DNA from: Octopus vulgaris
Lineage: Eukaryota
Reading direction: 5' to 3'
DNA: 64,000 nucleotides
Assembly (NCBI GenBank): GCA_951406725.2
Contig: OX597819.1
Span: 93,930,001 to 93,994,000, forward strand
Made by a program: the position numbers and the translations under genes. Shown piece after piece: positions 13,275 through 25,113 of the stretch. Each line of letters starts with the position of its first letter. The first letter of the stretch is position 1. Below the pieces are notes generated by a model that saw nothing but the letters and a program-made list of their open reading frames with translations, did not search any database and was not told the origin of the DNA.

Positions 13275-13505
13275 TTTCGTTATTGCCTACAAGAGGCTAA
13301 ATATAGAGGGGTCAAACAAGGACAGACAAAGGGATTAAGTCGATTACATCAACGCCAGTGCGTAACTGGTACTTTATTTATTGACCCCAAAAGGATAAAA
13401 GACAAAGACGACCTCGGCGGAATTTGAACTCAGAACGTAATGGCAGATGAAATACCACTAAGCACTTCGCCCGGCATGCTAACGTTTCTGCCAGCTCACC
13501 GCCTT
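13275..13505 (-). mobile_element. SINE family A (tRNA-like head with gcctttcatcctttcggggtcgataa core)
   Basis: Reverse complement of 13849-14083. The core resembles, from memory, the Meta/MESC SINE central domain; this is unverified. Confidence 0.85.
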
Positions 13506-13848
13506 TGACTTTGCCTGACATAACTGCCATCCACAAGTCTCTCCTTTTGACCACCTCTATTGCCACCCATCTTATCACCCACTCTTACCTTTGTCTAACA
13601 TTCATTACCACCCCCAAATAACCCATCTCTCTCCACCATATTCTTGATCCTTTCACCCATCTGCTCATATGTCCACCACTACCATTACCAACCACTCTCA
13701 TCCTGACTCTATCCAAGATAACCTTGTCTTTGTCCCATTACACTCTTACTCCCTTTGCCCACTCATTCTGGTCCTGTTGATGCCATTGCTCATTCTTTTA
13801 TTCCCCTCTTTGATCACCTGAGCAAATGAATATTATTAAATACTGTTT

Positions 13849-14083
13849 AAAGGCGGAGAGCTGGCAGAAACATTAGCACGCTGGGCAAAATGCTTAGCGA
13901 TATTTCGTCTGCCATTACGTACTGAGTTCAAATTCCGCCGGGATCGGCTTTGCTTTTCATCCTTTCGGGGGTCGATAAATTAAGTACCAGTTATGCACTG
14001 GGGTCGATGTAATCAACTTAATCCATTTGTCTGTCCTTGTTTGTCTCCTCTATGTTTAGCCCCTGTGGGCAATAAAGAAATAA
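13849..14083 (+). mobile_element. SINE family A, full length with TSD
   Basis: ggcggagagctggcagaaac...gagttcaaattccgcc...caataaagaaata; TSD attatt(a/g)aatactgttt at 13832 and 14084. Confidence 0.9.
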
Positions 14084-14476
14084 ATTATTGAATACTGTTT
14101 TGATATATATTCACATTCTCACCTTTCACTTTCAACCAACCATTTCTGGCATACTCGCTGTCATTGTGCCCTCTCCTATTCCACTCCTCAGTCTAAGAGT
14201 TTAAAGATACTGACTCCTTTCTACATTTACCATGTACAAGACACCAGAGTCCTGTGCTTGTGCTATGATGCCCACCCTCCTTCCACTGCATTTCATCCAC
14301 AGTGATTGGTGAATAAGTCTACAGTTACTGTGAAATACACACCCAGTACAAACTGTAAAGTGATTGGCAAGTGAACACAGAAAGCATGTTTGTGAGGTCT
14401 CGTTAGTCCTGCCATTCTGAGGACTATTCCACTTCACTGGTGTTGGTTCTAAGAGGGGAAGTGCATCCGATACACT

Positions 14477-14849
14477 GTTTCAGTCAATTGACTGTGGCCA
14501 TGCTGGAGCACCACCTTTAGTCAAGCAAATCGACCCAGGACTTATTCTTTGTAAGCCTAGTACTTATTCTATCGGTCTCTTTTGCCAAACTGCTAAATTA
14601 CGGGGACGTAAACACACCAGCATCGGTTGTCAAGCGATGTTGGGGGGACAAACACAGACACACAAACACATACACACATATATATACGACAGGCTTCTTT
14701 CAGTTTCTGTCTACCAAATCCACTCACAAAGCTTTGGTCAGCCTGAGAATATAGTAGAAGACACTTGCCCAAGGTGCCACACAGTGGGACTGAACCCGGA
14801 ACCATGTGGTTGGTAAGCAAGCTACTTAGCCCACAGTCACTCCTACGCC
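14477..14849 (-). mobile_element. SINE family B
   Basis: Reverse complement of the 7542-7966 consensus. Confidence 0.85.
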
Positions 14850-15369
14850 ATAAAAAGCATGGAAAGCAGATACAAAATGAGTTGATAGACTAAAAATGTC
14901 TACATTCAACAGAAAAGAGTTAAAGATGACAGCATATTAACATAAAAATTTGTGTAAGAAAGCGAAAGTAACATCAGGATACTCTATGAGTGTGGTGTGC
15001 ACATGTGTGTGCATCTGTGGATGGTTTTTGTAAAAATCACATACATTTTTATGTATTATTATTATAATTATCATCATCATCATCATCGTCATCATCACCA
15101 TTATCATCATTATTATCATCATCATCATCATCATCATCATTATTATTGTCATTATTATTATTATTATGATTATTATTATTATTATTATTATTATTATCAT
15201 CATCATCATTTTATTTTATATGTATACATACTTTCTTGCTTTTTATTTTGTATCTGTCTGTGAGTGAAATAATCCTGTTCCATTTCTTGTTGTTAAAAGA
15301 GCTAACATTGATAACAAACAAAATTTCTACAAATTTATTTCAATTTTGTGTGTATATATGCACATACAC

Positions 15370-15435
<66 letters not shown>

Positions 15436-15545
15436 ATGTGTGTTTGGAGATTATGAATATTTCACAGTACCTGACTGATTAAAATTTGTGATTCCTATTG
15501 TCATTTTAATTCTATAATTTGTTTTGTTTTGTTTTACTTTTTCAG

Positions 15546-15667
15546 AAATTTTAACAAAATCACAAGGATACTTGAAGAAGGCAGTGGAAAGCAAAATATT
15601 CCAGCGAGGAATACTACTTGCCATCTTAATTAATACTCTTAGCATGGGAATTGAATATCATAACCAG
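15546..15667 (+). CDS. Cav3: Cav3 exon, domain II S1 (122 nt)
   Basis: Polypyrimidine tract plus ttcAG acceptor (15544-15545) and donor CAG|gtacat. Translates (E)[40 protein letters not shown], matching the Cav3 IIS1 signature [28 protein letters not shown]. Not in the ORF track. Confidence 0.96.
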
Positions 15668-15774
15668 GTACATCTTTAGATGTAGATATTTTTTAATGTT
15701 TGGCTTTTCCATTCTTTATGCCTTTTTCTTTTGTTGTCATACTTCTGTGTTTTGTTCCTTTTACCATTCTCATC

Positions 15775-16052
15775 GCCCTTCTCAAGCCTAGCCAGGCTCA
15801 TGGGCCCGGTTTCCCAGTTTCTGTGGCGTATGTGTCCCCCACCTCCAGCTGGACGAGACGCCAGTCCATCGCAGTGTTACTCAAGAAACAAGAAGAGAGA
15901 GTGAGAGAAAGTTGTGGTGAAAGAGTACAAGGGTCGTGGAGCTTTTTGGTGTTTTTGCTCAATAAACACACACAGCACCTGGTCTGGGAATCGAAACCGC
16001 TATCCTCCGACCATGAGTCCGCTGCCCTAACCACTGGGCCATTGCGCCTCCG
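15775..16052 (-). mobile_element. tRNA-derived SINE family D
   Basis: Minus-strand head ggaggcgcaatggcccagtggttagggcagcggactc...ggtttcgattccc (A and B boxes). Relatives at 21778-22083(+) and 51345-51658(-). Confidence 0.85.
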
Positions 16053-16546
16053 CATCCTTTTACCATTAGAAGCTCTTTAATCAATGTGTGTGTGCGTGGG
16101 TGTACACAAATATGTGCACATACATATATATATATATGCATCATATCTATCTATCGATATAAATATATATATATGCATCATCTCATGTCTCATTGCCCTG
16201 GCATTGTTTTTGCTAAAACTTTCCCTCACACTTCCTTTAAATTTGCTGGCACACTGAAGCAGACAATCCTGTTGTTAATGGAGTAAGACTGCAGAATTTC
16301 TGTCAACACAGGTATAAGAATATGTGTGTAGACACACACACATGCACGCACACACACACGCACACATACACACACACACACACACACACAGACACACACA
16401 TATGCATGTGCACACATGCACTCACATACATATGTTGTTTGATTTTATGTTCAGTTATGATTAAAACAATTTTACAGTAACCTGATGGGTTACTCTATAC
16501 TGTTGTAGAGTACAAATTTATCATTCTTAAACAAGAATATTGTTGA

Positions 16547-16589
16547 CAGTGACTTCGAAGTTTTGACCAGCTAAGCCATCGTCAGACTG
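16547..16589 (-). ncRNA. Minimal type I hammerhead ribozyme at the PLE 3' end (G12 to A)
   Basis: Minus strand CAGT-CTGACGA-tggc-ttagct-ggtc-AAAA-CTTCGAAG-TC-ACTG; stem I CAGT/ACTG, palindromic stem III ACTTCGAAGT, GUC site. Confidence 0.75.
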
Positions 16590-16689
16590 GAGTGCCTTGA
16601 AGATAACCTTGGCTTTATGTAGTCTCTGTTGAGTTAAATTCTTCCTTGGATATATGGGTTTGAGTGGAGTGGTAATTAGGTTGTTGGGT

Positions 16690-16923
16690 AAGGCAGCAAG
16701 CTGGCAGAGATGTTAGCATGCCAGACGAAATGCTCAGCGGTATTTCGTCTGCCGCTATGTTCCGAGTTCAAATTCCGCCGAGGTCGACTTTGCCTTTCAT
16801 CCTTTCGGGGGTCGATTAAATAAGTACCAGTTACGCACTGGGGTCAATGTAATTGACTTAATCCGTTTGTCTGTCCTTGTTTGTCTCTTCTGTGTTTAGC
16901 CCCTTGTGGGTAGTAAAGAAATA
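16690..16923 (+). mobile_element. SINE family A nested in the PLE, 19-bp TSD
   Basis: Perfect TSD ggtaattaggttgttgggt at 16671-16689 and 16924-16942. Confidence 0.92.
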
Positions 16924-17569
16924 GGTAATTAGGTTGTTGGGTGAGTTATGATGGAGAGGTGTTTTGGAGAAATTCTACTGATTAAATTTGGGATTATGTG
17001 ATTGCTTAGAATTTATTCATGTATGCAGAAAGTTGTAAGCAGCTGTGTATATCTAGGTTTCTCCCCTTCGGGTCATGGGATTGTGTTTTAGTGGTTCACA
17101 AAAAGGATGTGCCAGTAGTTTTAATTACTTTTGGTTTAATAGAATTTAATCGTTAGCTTTGGAAAATTAAATGTCAAAGCTTCAAATTTTAGACCAGTAT
17201 TTAAAAACTTAGTAATTGGGTGTATTTACTTTTTTGTTATGGAATTTTTTTAGGGTTCACAACAAAAGATGGCCCTTTTTAGCTGGTCAGTTCCTTTATT
17301 TGCTTTTGTGATTTACGGTACTTTCTGTTTGTTTTTAGAAGGCTGGAATTATCAGTCAGACATGTTTTGGTATTGTTTGTATAGAAATTTGTTTATCTTG
17401 TGCTTTGATATTCACAAGATGTGGTTAAGTGTAAAGGTTGTTAGTCTGTATGTTTCCCTCTAGGGGTTCATTGTTCGATAAGTAATTTGATTAATATACA
17501 GAAATTTTAATCTCTGCGTTTTGTGGAGGCAGAGTTTGTGGGCAAAGTAAATATTTCTTCAATTCTGTT

Positions 17570-17641
17570 CTATATTTAAGAGATGAGGAATTATGTACAT
17601 TATTTACATTATTTACAATTGACAGATATTCGATGTTGTTG

Positions 17642-17696
<55 letters not shown>

Positions 17697-17860
17697 CATT
17701 ATTCATGTCACTGCTTGGAATCGAACTTGGAATCTTGGGGTTAATAGCCCACGCTCTTAACCACTATGCCCACAGGCATATAGCGTAGTGATTAAGTGTG
17801 CAGGCTATTCACCCCAAGATTCCGAGTTTGATTCCAGGCAGTGACCTGGATAATATTTAA

Positions 17861-17919
<59 letters not shown>

Positions 17920-18076
17920 CAACAACATCGAAAAATACCTTAGGAAGGAGAACCCATGTTTGAATTTTCCCCAAGACACCTGATGAAGGTTGGAGGGTAT
18001 ATCAGCCGAAATGTTGTGTTAACAACAAACAAGTTGAGGACAAATATCCATCAATTGTAAATAATGTAAATAATGC
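17570..18076. mobile_element. Fold-back element: two head-to-head tRNA-like units with (AAT)n and a hammerhead
   Basis: Inverted arms 17570-17772(-) and 17775-18075(+), each with A box and B box. 14-bp direct repeats tcttcaattctgtt at 17556-17569 and 18077-18090. Confidence 0.8.
17975..18020 (+). ncRNA. Minimal type I hammerhead ribozyme motif
   Basis: gACAC-CTGATGA-a-GGTTG-gagggtatat-CAGCC-GAAA-TG-TT-GTGTt; stem I ACAC/GTGT, stem II GGTTG/CAGCC; stem III is likely CpG-decayed GAAACGTT. Confidence 0.75.
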
Positions 18077-19529
18077 TCTTCAATTCTGTTTTAAAAGTGG
18101 GTATTTTAAGATGTATTATTTTAGGCCTATGGATATATGTAAAAGTGGAGCATTATAAAAAACTGTATATACTCATATATATAAATGAGAATAAAAATAA
18201 AATTTAATTTTAAAACTTGATTTAAAATTTTTTAGATATTTTGTTAAAGTGATGAATTAAAAAGAAAAGGGTTTTCCAACTTGCTTACTTACAAATATTT
18301 ATTTATGTGTGTGCATGTAGATTTGTGCACTTCTATTGGAAAATATTTTGTGGAGATTTTAGTTGGAGACCGGGAAACTTCTAGATAATTTCTACTGTAC
18401 TTGTTTAGTATGAAGCTGTAAAAATGTTTGTTATGCATGTTATGGGGATAGTTTATGGTGCAGGTGGAAGGAGAGAAGCTGGTGAGATGTTTAGCCATTA
18501 GTAAAAATTATTGATTTGAAATGTTTTAATGTTTTTAAGATTTTATGCTGGCATGAAGAGACTAGTTCAGAGTCACTTACCTCTGCCAAGTCCTTTGATG
18601 CCATGCTTAGATCAGATGATCCTTTAGTGTTTTTTGTAATCCAGAAAGAATTGTTATGGGAGAGGAGTTATTTCCTTGTTTGTAATATTGTTTCTATGTT
18701 GGTGTCATTTACTGTGGTTACAGCTTTAGTGAAGTTCAAAGCAGCTATAAGAAAAAATTTTGATATTGACATGTAATAATCTCTGATGTCAAACTGGAAG
18801 AAATGGCATTCATTTTTGTTTAGAATCTTATTGAACCAATCTATTACTTCATATGTGTTACTCCAGACAATATTGTTCTTAGTTTTTGGTGAAAATTTGT
18901 CTATGATCTTTTTTTTTTTTGTCTGGTTTCAAAGGATTTATAAGTCTGACAGATGGGTTGCTTTTGATGTTTGGCTTGTGGTCTTTCATGGTTATATTTG
19001 AGGATTGTGGTGTTAATGTGTCTACTTTATCATTTATCCTAATTTAGTGGCTATTTCTTTGGCTGTGGTGTTTATATCATTTAAAGTTGCATATTTCATG
19101 TTTTTGTATATGTTAGATATTGTGTTAGAAAGAAAGCAGTTATAAGTAGGATGACTTATCTGGTAGAGGTTGCTTGTCTCATCCAATTTTACAAATTCAG
19201 GTTTGTTTTTATTCAGTTGATTTTCTGCTTCAACTCTTTCTGCAGTTTGTTGGCTCACTTGTTGAGTTTTATTTGCTCGATCATTCTACATAGGTCATCT
19301 TTGAAGAGTTGTAGATATGGAAGGTGGACATTTAACTGTTGTTGAGGGCTGGTTTTCCATTTGGTCTTTTTCGTAATGGTAAATTTTTCCATCTGAATCT
19401 TTTGATAGAACTTACTATTTTTTTGTAGTAGTATTTTCAGATAGTGCTTTTTAGCAGATATTGGTGTTTTCCATAGAGAAGTGTAGGACACAAATGTTCA
19501 TGTGTGTATACATATATGTGTGTGTGTGT

Positions 19530-19729
19530 GAGACCACTTGTGTATCGTTGGCGATTTTCGTTTTCCATCTTCCCTTAGACCTTTCCTTTTTCTATATTTC
19601 TGTTGAAGAACTCCGCTCGAAATGTTAAATCCTTCTTCTTTCTTTCTTTTCCTTGAACGTCCAGCAACATTATACTTGTTCCACGTCCTTGCATTGTTGT
19701 GTTTTCTCTTTGTTCATGTTTGGGTTAAC

Positions 19730-19730
<1 letters not shown>
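19530..19730 (+). mobile_element. PLE-pLTR-like repeat with variant hammerhead at 19596-19630 (inverted copy at 33665-33890)
   Basis: ATTT-CTGTTGA-a-GAAC-tcc-GCTC-GAAATGTT-AAAT; ends in (TA)n; homologous to the reverse complement of 33665-33890. Confidence 0.65.
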
Positions 19731-19768
<38 letters not shown>

Positions 19769-20516
19769 AAGTATGTATGTATATGTATGTAAGTATGTAT
19801 TTATGCATGTATGTATGTAGTCATTTATAATTAATTGTAACAATGAAATTTTGCTACATAATTAGTGATCAGTATATATTGTCATTAGAGAAAGGTACAA
19901 TATATATATAAAAAAAAAGGAAAAAGATGGAAAATATTTTAGGCAACCCATCCATACAAGCTGAGAAATATTCCGTGGCTATCTGAGACTGCCATACACG
20001 TTGTTCCATTCTGGACAAACCCGTGAAGATTTTATCTGCTGGAAAATTAGTAGGGGATCTACATCCTGCTGAAAGCTCAGATACATCTACCAAGAGACTG
20101 TTGATGTTGTTTTCATAACCAGTCTGTTCTTCATGTGTTCAGTGTGCTTTTCTCTTATTCCTTCACAGACAACTAACTTGATACTGTTTTTCTCTTGTAT
20201 TCATTAAAGAAATTTAAACAAACCCTCAATAACAATAATATTATTAATAGCTTCAAAGACAGGTACAAGTGTAGTCAATATAGTCAGTTAACTTGTTTCT
20301 TTCAAATTATACATATTGACCCTAGTACTTGACTGGTATCTTATTTTATTAACTCTGAAAGTTTTGAAAGACAAAGTTGACCCCAACTGATTTGAACTCA
20401 GATGTATACAGCCAGAACCAGTACCACAAGGCATTTTTTTCTTCCAACACTTTTATGATTCTGCCAGCCATCATCATCATCATCATCTTCATCATCGTCA
20501 CCACACTACCACCACC

Positions 20517-20547
<31 letters not shown>

Positions 20548-21629
20548 AAGGATTTTCAATGATCTTAATTAACAGGCATTAGAGACTAAAAAGATGTTGT
20601 GCCTCTTTACACTAGCAACAAGAGTGACTAGCTGTTTTTACCCATCATTGTTATGTTTCTGCAGTGAGTAGGAATGCATTGAAATTGGTTTGTATAACTA
20701 AATTGTATACCAAAACTTGCCAATAACATTAGTAAAACGTTTTTAGATTGGTCAGTATAAGAAATTCCAATGACAACTAAATTAATTGGTTTTACAAGCA
20801 CCAACCAAAGCATGAATTATCTTGGGGTTATGTGTCAGCAAATAGTAGAGGGGTGGATTTACATGAGCTATCTTAGAATAGGGGTAAGTGCATTTTAGTT
20901 TGTCACAAGCTATCTCATGATCAGGGCTTAATGCCATATATAATTATTTAGAGTGTTCATACCAGATAATTTACAAGACATTATGAAACTTCTCCTTCTA
21001 CATCAAATCATTCTCTATGGAGCTGTTTCCACTCCACCTGTTTTGATTTTAATTTTCATCTGTTTATGTAACTGGTAAATATTGCATGGTTATATTGGGT
21101 GACATGCTTGAGAACACAAGAGAATATAAGTGATAGAATAAAAATTTATGATCTTATCCCATCCCACTGCACTTCCTTTAGGATGTCAAGTCTTTTGTTT
21201 AATCAACAGCTTACTTTGTGATTTTGAAAGTTTTAGCATGACATCCAGGAAATATTGGGGCTAAGCAATAAAGTTATCTTTCTACACTCTGATATACTAA
21301 ACATGAATTTAAACGTATATTTTTATGTAAGAGGGAAATGTATCCACAAATGTTAGTTGTAATATATATATATAGGAAAGATTTCATCATCATTGCTTAA
21401 CATCTGTTTTCCATGCTGGCATAATTTGGATGATTTGAAAGGAGCTGGCCAGCCAGGGAGCTGTCCAGATTCCAATTGTCTATTGTGGCATGGTTTCTAC
21501 AACTGGCTGCCCTTCCTAACACGTGTGTGCGTGCACACGTACACACATTCATGTATTAATGATTGTTTTTTATGTCTAGTTATAATAAAAAAACAATCTT
21601 ACATTAAACTGAAGTATTAGTTAATACTT

Positions 21630-21715
21630 TTGTAGAGTACATAATATTTATTATATTTTTAAAGAGTGGTAATAGTGACCTTAAAGTTTTGACCTGCTAG
21701 CCATCATCAGCAGGC
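21630..21715 (-). mobile_element. Solo 3' end of the same PLE family as 16450-16600, with degenerate hammerhead
   Basis: Minus strand CTGATGA-tggctagcaggtc-AAAA-CTTTAAG-GTC-acta; shares the tgtagagtaca flank with 16504. Confidence 0.6.
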
Positions 21716-21777
21716 TGTAACATTGAAATCTTTGCCACCATTCTTCTTCTACAATTATGATAAATAAATGAATAAAT

Positions 21778-22083
21778 GTGGAGGCACGTGGCCTAGTGGT
21801 TAGAGCAGCAGACTCACAGTTGATGGATTGCAGGTTCGAATCTCAGACTGGGCGATGTGTGTGTTTATGAGCAAAACACCTAAGCTCCACACGGCTCCGG
21901 CAGAAGGTAATGGCGAACTTCTGCTGACTCTTTTGCCACAACTTTCTCTCACTCTTTCCTCCTGTATCTTGCAGCTCACCTGTGACAGACTGGTATCCCA
22001 TCCAGGTGGGGAACCTATATGCCAAGGAAACCGGCCCTATGAGCCAGGTGTGACTCAACAAGGAACAAACAACAACAACAACA
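21778..22083 (+). mobile_element. tRNA-derived SINE family D with (CAA)n tail
   Basis: gtggaggcacgtggcctagtggttagagc...ggttcgaatctc; tail aacaacaacaac. Confidence 0.85.
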
Positions 22084-22116
22084 AATTAATAAATATATTT
22101 ATGCACACACACACAC

Positions 22117-22412
22117 GTGAAGGTGTGTGGCCTAATGGTTTGGATGCTGCATTCATGATTGGCAGATCATGGGTTTGACTCCTGGACTGGGCAGCACATT
22201 AGGTTCTTGAGTAGAACATTTCATTTCACATTGCTCGAGTCCACTCAGCTGTAAAAGGGCAACACTGCAATGGAATAGCCTTCCTGTTTGTGGAGGTATG
22301 TTGGCCTGCTCAACCTAGCCAGTGGGGTGGCATAATTCAAAAGCTAAAATGATGTGAAGTGCATTGTGACCAGTGATGTATAACATTCAATAGTCTGCTC
22401 AATACTGTGATC
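22117..22412 (+). mobile_element. tRNA-derived SINE, degenerate
   Basis: gtgaaggtgtgtggcctaatggtt...ggtttgactcc; its 3' part matches the tail of 51345-51658. Confidence 0.65.
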
Positions 22413-22640
22413 TACCCATGCCAGCATGGAAGGCAGACGTTAAGCAATGATGATGATCATTAATATCATCATCATCGTTCAATGTCTGCTTTCCATGCTG
22501 GCATGGTTTGGAAGGTTTGACTGAGAGCAGGCAAGCCCGGAGGCTGCACCAGGCTCCAATCTAATATCCAGTCTAATATATTTATTAATTGCCAAAGAGA
22601 TTTCATTTTTTATTCATTTCTTAAATATCAATTTGAAGAT

Positions 22641-22701
<61 letters not shown>

Positions 22702-22905
22702 AGAGAGCAAAAGGGAAGAAATAATATTTTTATTCTGGAGTTGAAACATTATTTAGAATTTTATTTCACTTGGTGTTCGCATATTTCTACATTTCCACAT
22801 ATTGCAACGAATATATCTGATATGACTTTAAAACTACTGCAACTACCTGAAAGTAAATAACAAAAAAGACACTTTCACATTACATGTTTATGTACACAGG
22901 AGGCT

Positions 22906-22955
<50 letters not shown>

Positions 22956-23572
22956 TATATATATATATAGGTTTGGTGATGCAAACAGGAAAAATAGAAC
23001 TTTCTATTCAGCCATTATTTCTGTTCTTCTGGCCCCAGGCCCACCTTGATATCCTCGTCATTACCATCTTTCCTGCACCACACTGATTACATCTATCTAC
23101 ACCTGTATAATATGAACAGCATGTATCATCATTACAGCAAGAAACCTATTCCAGTTCCTTCCTCCATACTCTATTCTTTCATTTTTGATGGCACGGGGCC
23201 AGCTAGTACCTTCACAGAAGACGAATGTTAGAAGAGAAGGAGAGGAGGGTGGGGATGATGAGTATTAGTAAGAATTAATATAAGTTTTCTAAAGCCTGAG
23301 GATAACGACTACTTTTATATTTGGCGATAACATACATTAATTCTTTTTTTAGAAGTCTACTGCTAAGTTGCAGGGTTGTAAACAAACCAACACCAGTTGT
23401 CAAGCAGTGGTGTGACAGATACAAATACAAAGACTCACACACATATATATGCATGCACATACCACACACATACACACACATATGCACACATACACCCACA
23501 CACACATACATATATTAATAAATACGTATATTCACATTTTGTGTTTTATTTTTCCTGTTTGCAGCACCAAAC

Positions 23573-23865
<293 letters not shown>

Positions 23866-23894
23866 CAAATATATCTATATTTATATAAATATAT

Positions 23895-24100
23895 ATATTA
23901 CGGAGATGTACTTGCATAGCAAGTGACCTGATCTGAGATCATGTACTGGAATGAAAGCAATTGCAGCGTGAAAGGTGTTTATAAGCCATTTAAGAAACAC
24001 ATAAAAACCGTTAGACTCTCTTCAACATTTAAATTTAATTTGCCAAAATATTTTCGTCGCTCTGACACCACAACCTGTTCACTGACAAAATTCCATGCAG
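23895..24100 (-). mobile_element. Short repeat with hammerhead-like scaffold at 24039-24089
   Basis: Minus strand TTTGTCA-GTGAACA-g-GTTGT...GCGAC-GAAA-ATAT-TT-TGGCAAA. Stems I and II and a palindromic stem III are present, but the CUGANGA core is altered. Confidence 0.45.
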
Positions 24101-24102
24101 CA

Positions 24103-24438
24103 TGTGAAGACACATGGCTTAGTGGTTAGAGCGTCGAGCTTATGATCGTGAGGTTGTGAGTTCAAAACCCGGACTGGGCTGCATGTTGTGTTCTTGAGCA
24201 AGACACTGTATCTCACGTTGCTCCAGTTTATTCAGCTGTAGAAATGAGCTGCGACGTCACAGGTGCCAAGCTGTATCGGCCTTTGCCTTTCCCTTGGATA
24301 ACACTGGTGGCATGGAGAGGGGAGATCAGTATGCATGGGTGATTGATGATCTTCCATAAACAACCTTGCTCGGACTTGTTCCTAGGTGGGTAACTTTCTA
24401 GGTGCAATCCCATGGTCAGTCATGACCGAAGGGGGTCT
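24103..24438 (+). mobile_element. tRNA-derived SINE with gtgttcttgagcaagacact core
   Basis: A box tggcttagtgg, B box gagttcaaaacc, and a V/CORE-like central motif. Confidence 0.75.
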
Positions 24439-24475
24439 TAGCATATATACATATATATATATATATATATATGGA

Positions 24476-24903
24476 TCAGAATCGAAATCGATCAATGGAA
24501 ATTGCAGATGTGTTACCAGTGCCGGTGGCATGTAAGAGAACCTTCCGTTTCGCGACCGTTGCCAGAGCCGCCCCGACTGGCCTCGTGCCAGTGGCACGTA
24601 AAAAGCACCATCCGTTTGTGTCCGTTGCCACCCTCGCCTGGCCCTCGTGCCGGTGGCACATAAAAAGCACCATCCGTTCATGGCCGTTTGCCAGCTCTGT
24701 CTGGCACCTGTGCAGGTGGCACGTAAAAAGCACCCACTACACTCACGGAGTGGTTGGCGTTAGGAAGGGCATCCAGCCGTAGAAACACTGCCAGATTTGA
24801 CTGGGCCTGATGAAGCCTTCTGGCTTCACAGACCCCAGTAGAACCGTCCAACCCATGCTAGCATGGAAAACGGACGCTAAACGATGATGATGATGATGAT
24901 GAT
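24476..24903 (+). mobile_element. RTE 3' UTR with internal tandem repeats and (GAT)n tail
   Basis: Four copies of gtgccggtggcacgtaaaaagcacc-like units, then the conserved tail ...gctaaacgatgatgat. Confidence 0.85.
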
Positions 24904-25113
24904 ATATAAAGAAGCAAAGTAGCTAGTTCTGAAAACACTACTGAAAAGTAATGTTTGTTGCCACTTCAACATGGCTGTTCCATACAGAATGACACTACTA
25001 CTCTTTTTTAACCCCAGGTGAACATCTCCAGCTGGTTAATGACACAACCTGTGTCCAATATATTGCAAGCAGGGGAGCAAACTCCTACCATATATATATA
25101 TATATATATATAT

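Larger units (their letters stand above)
16450..19495 (-). mobile_element. Decayed Penelope-like retroelement (RT remnants plus 3' hammerhead) with nested insertions
   Basis: Minus-strand peptides KRFRWK, FVKLDETSNLY...INTTAKEIATKLG, ITMKDHKPNIKSNPSVRLINP, WSNTYEVIDWFNKILNKNECHFFQFDIRDYYMSIS and DLSMASKDLAEVSD. These correspond to PLE RT motifs ITLKDHK, CRLINP, FIQFDIxxFYPSI and FDVTMGSxDGAE. Stops, frameshifts and a large internal deletion are present. Confidence 0.85.

Noticed and set aside
21778-21855. tRNA-like sequences (also 15980-16052, 17700-17845, 24103-24175)
   Set aside because: These are SINE heads: no complete acceptor stem, and they continue into SINE bodies.
24515-24740. Regularly spaced ~25-bp repeats resembling a CRISPR array (also 28040-28200 and 50690-50830)
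   Set aside because: The spacers are related to each other, the array is internal to an RTE 3' UTR, the context is eukaryotic and there are no cas genes.
24804-24830. CTGATGA followed by the hairpin AGCC-ttct-GGCT
   Set aside because: No GAAA or stem III follows, and other copies of this RTE UTR lack CTGATGA.
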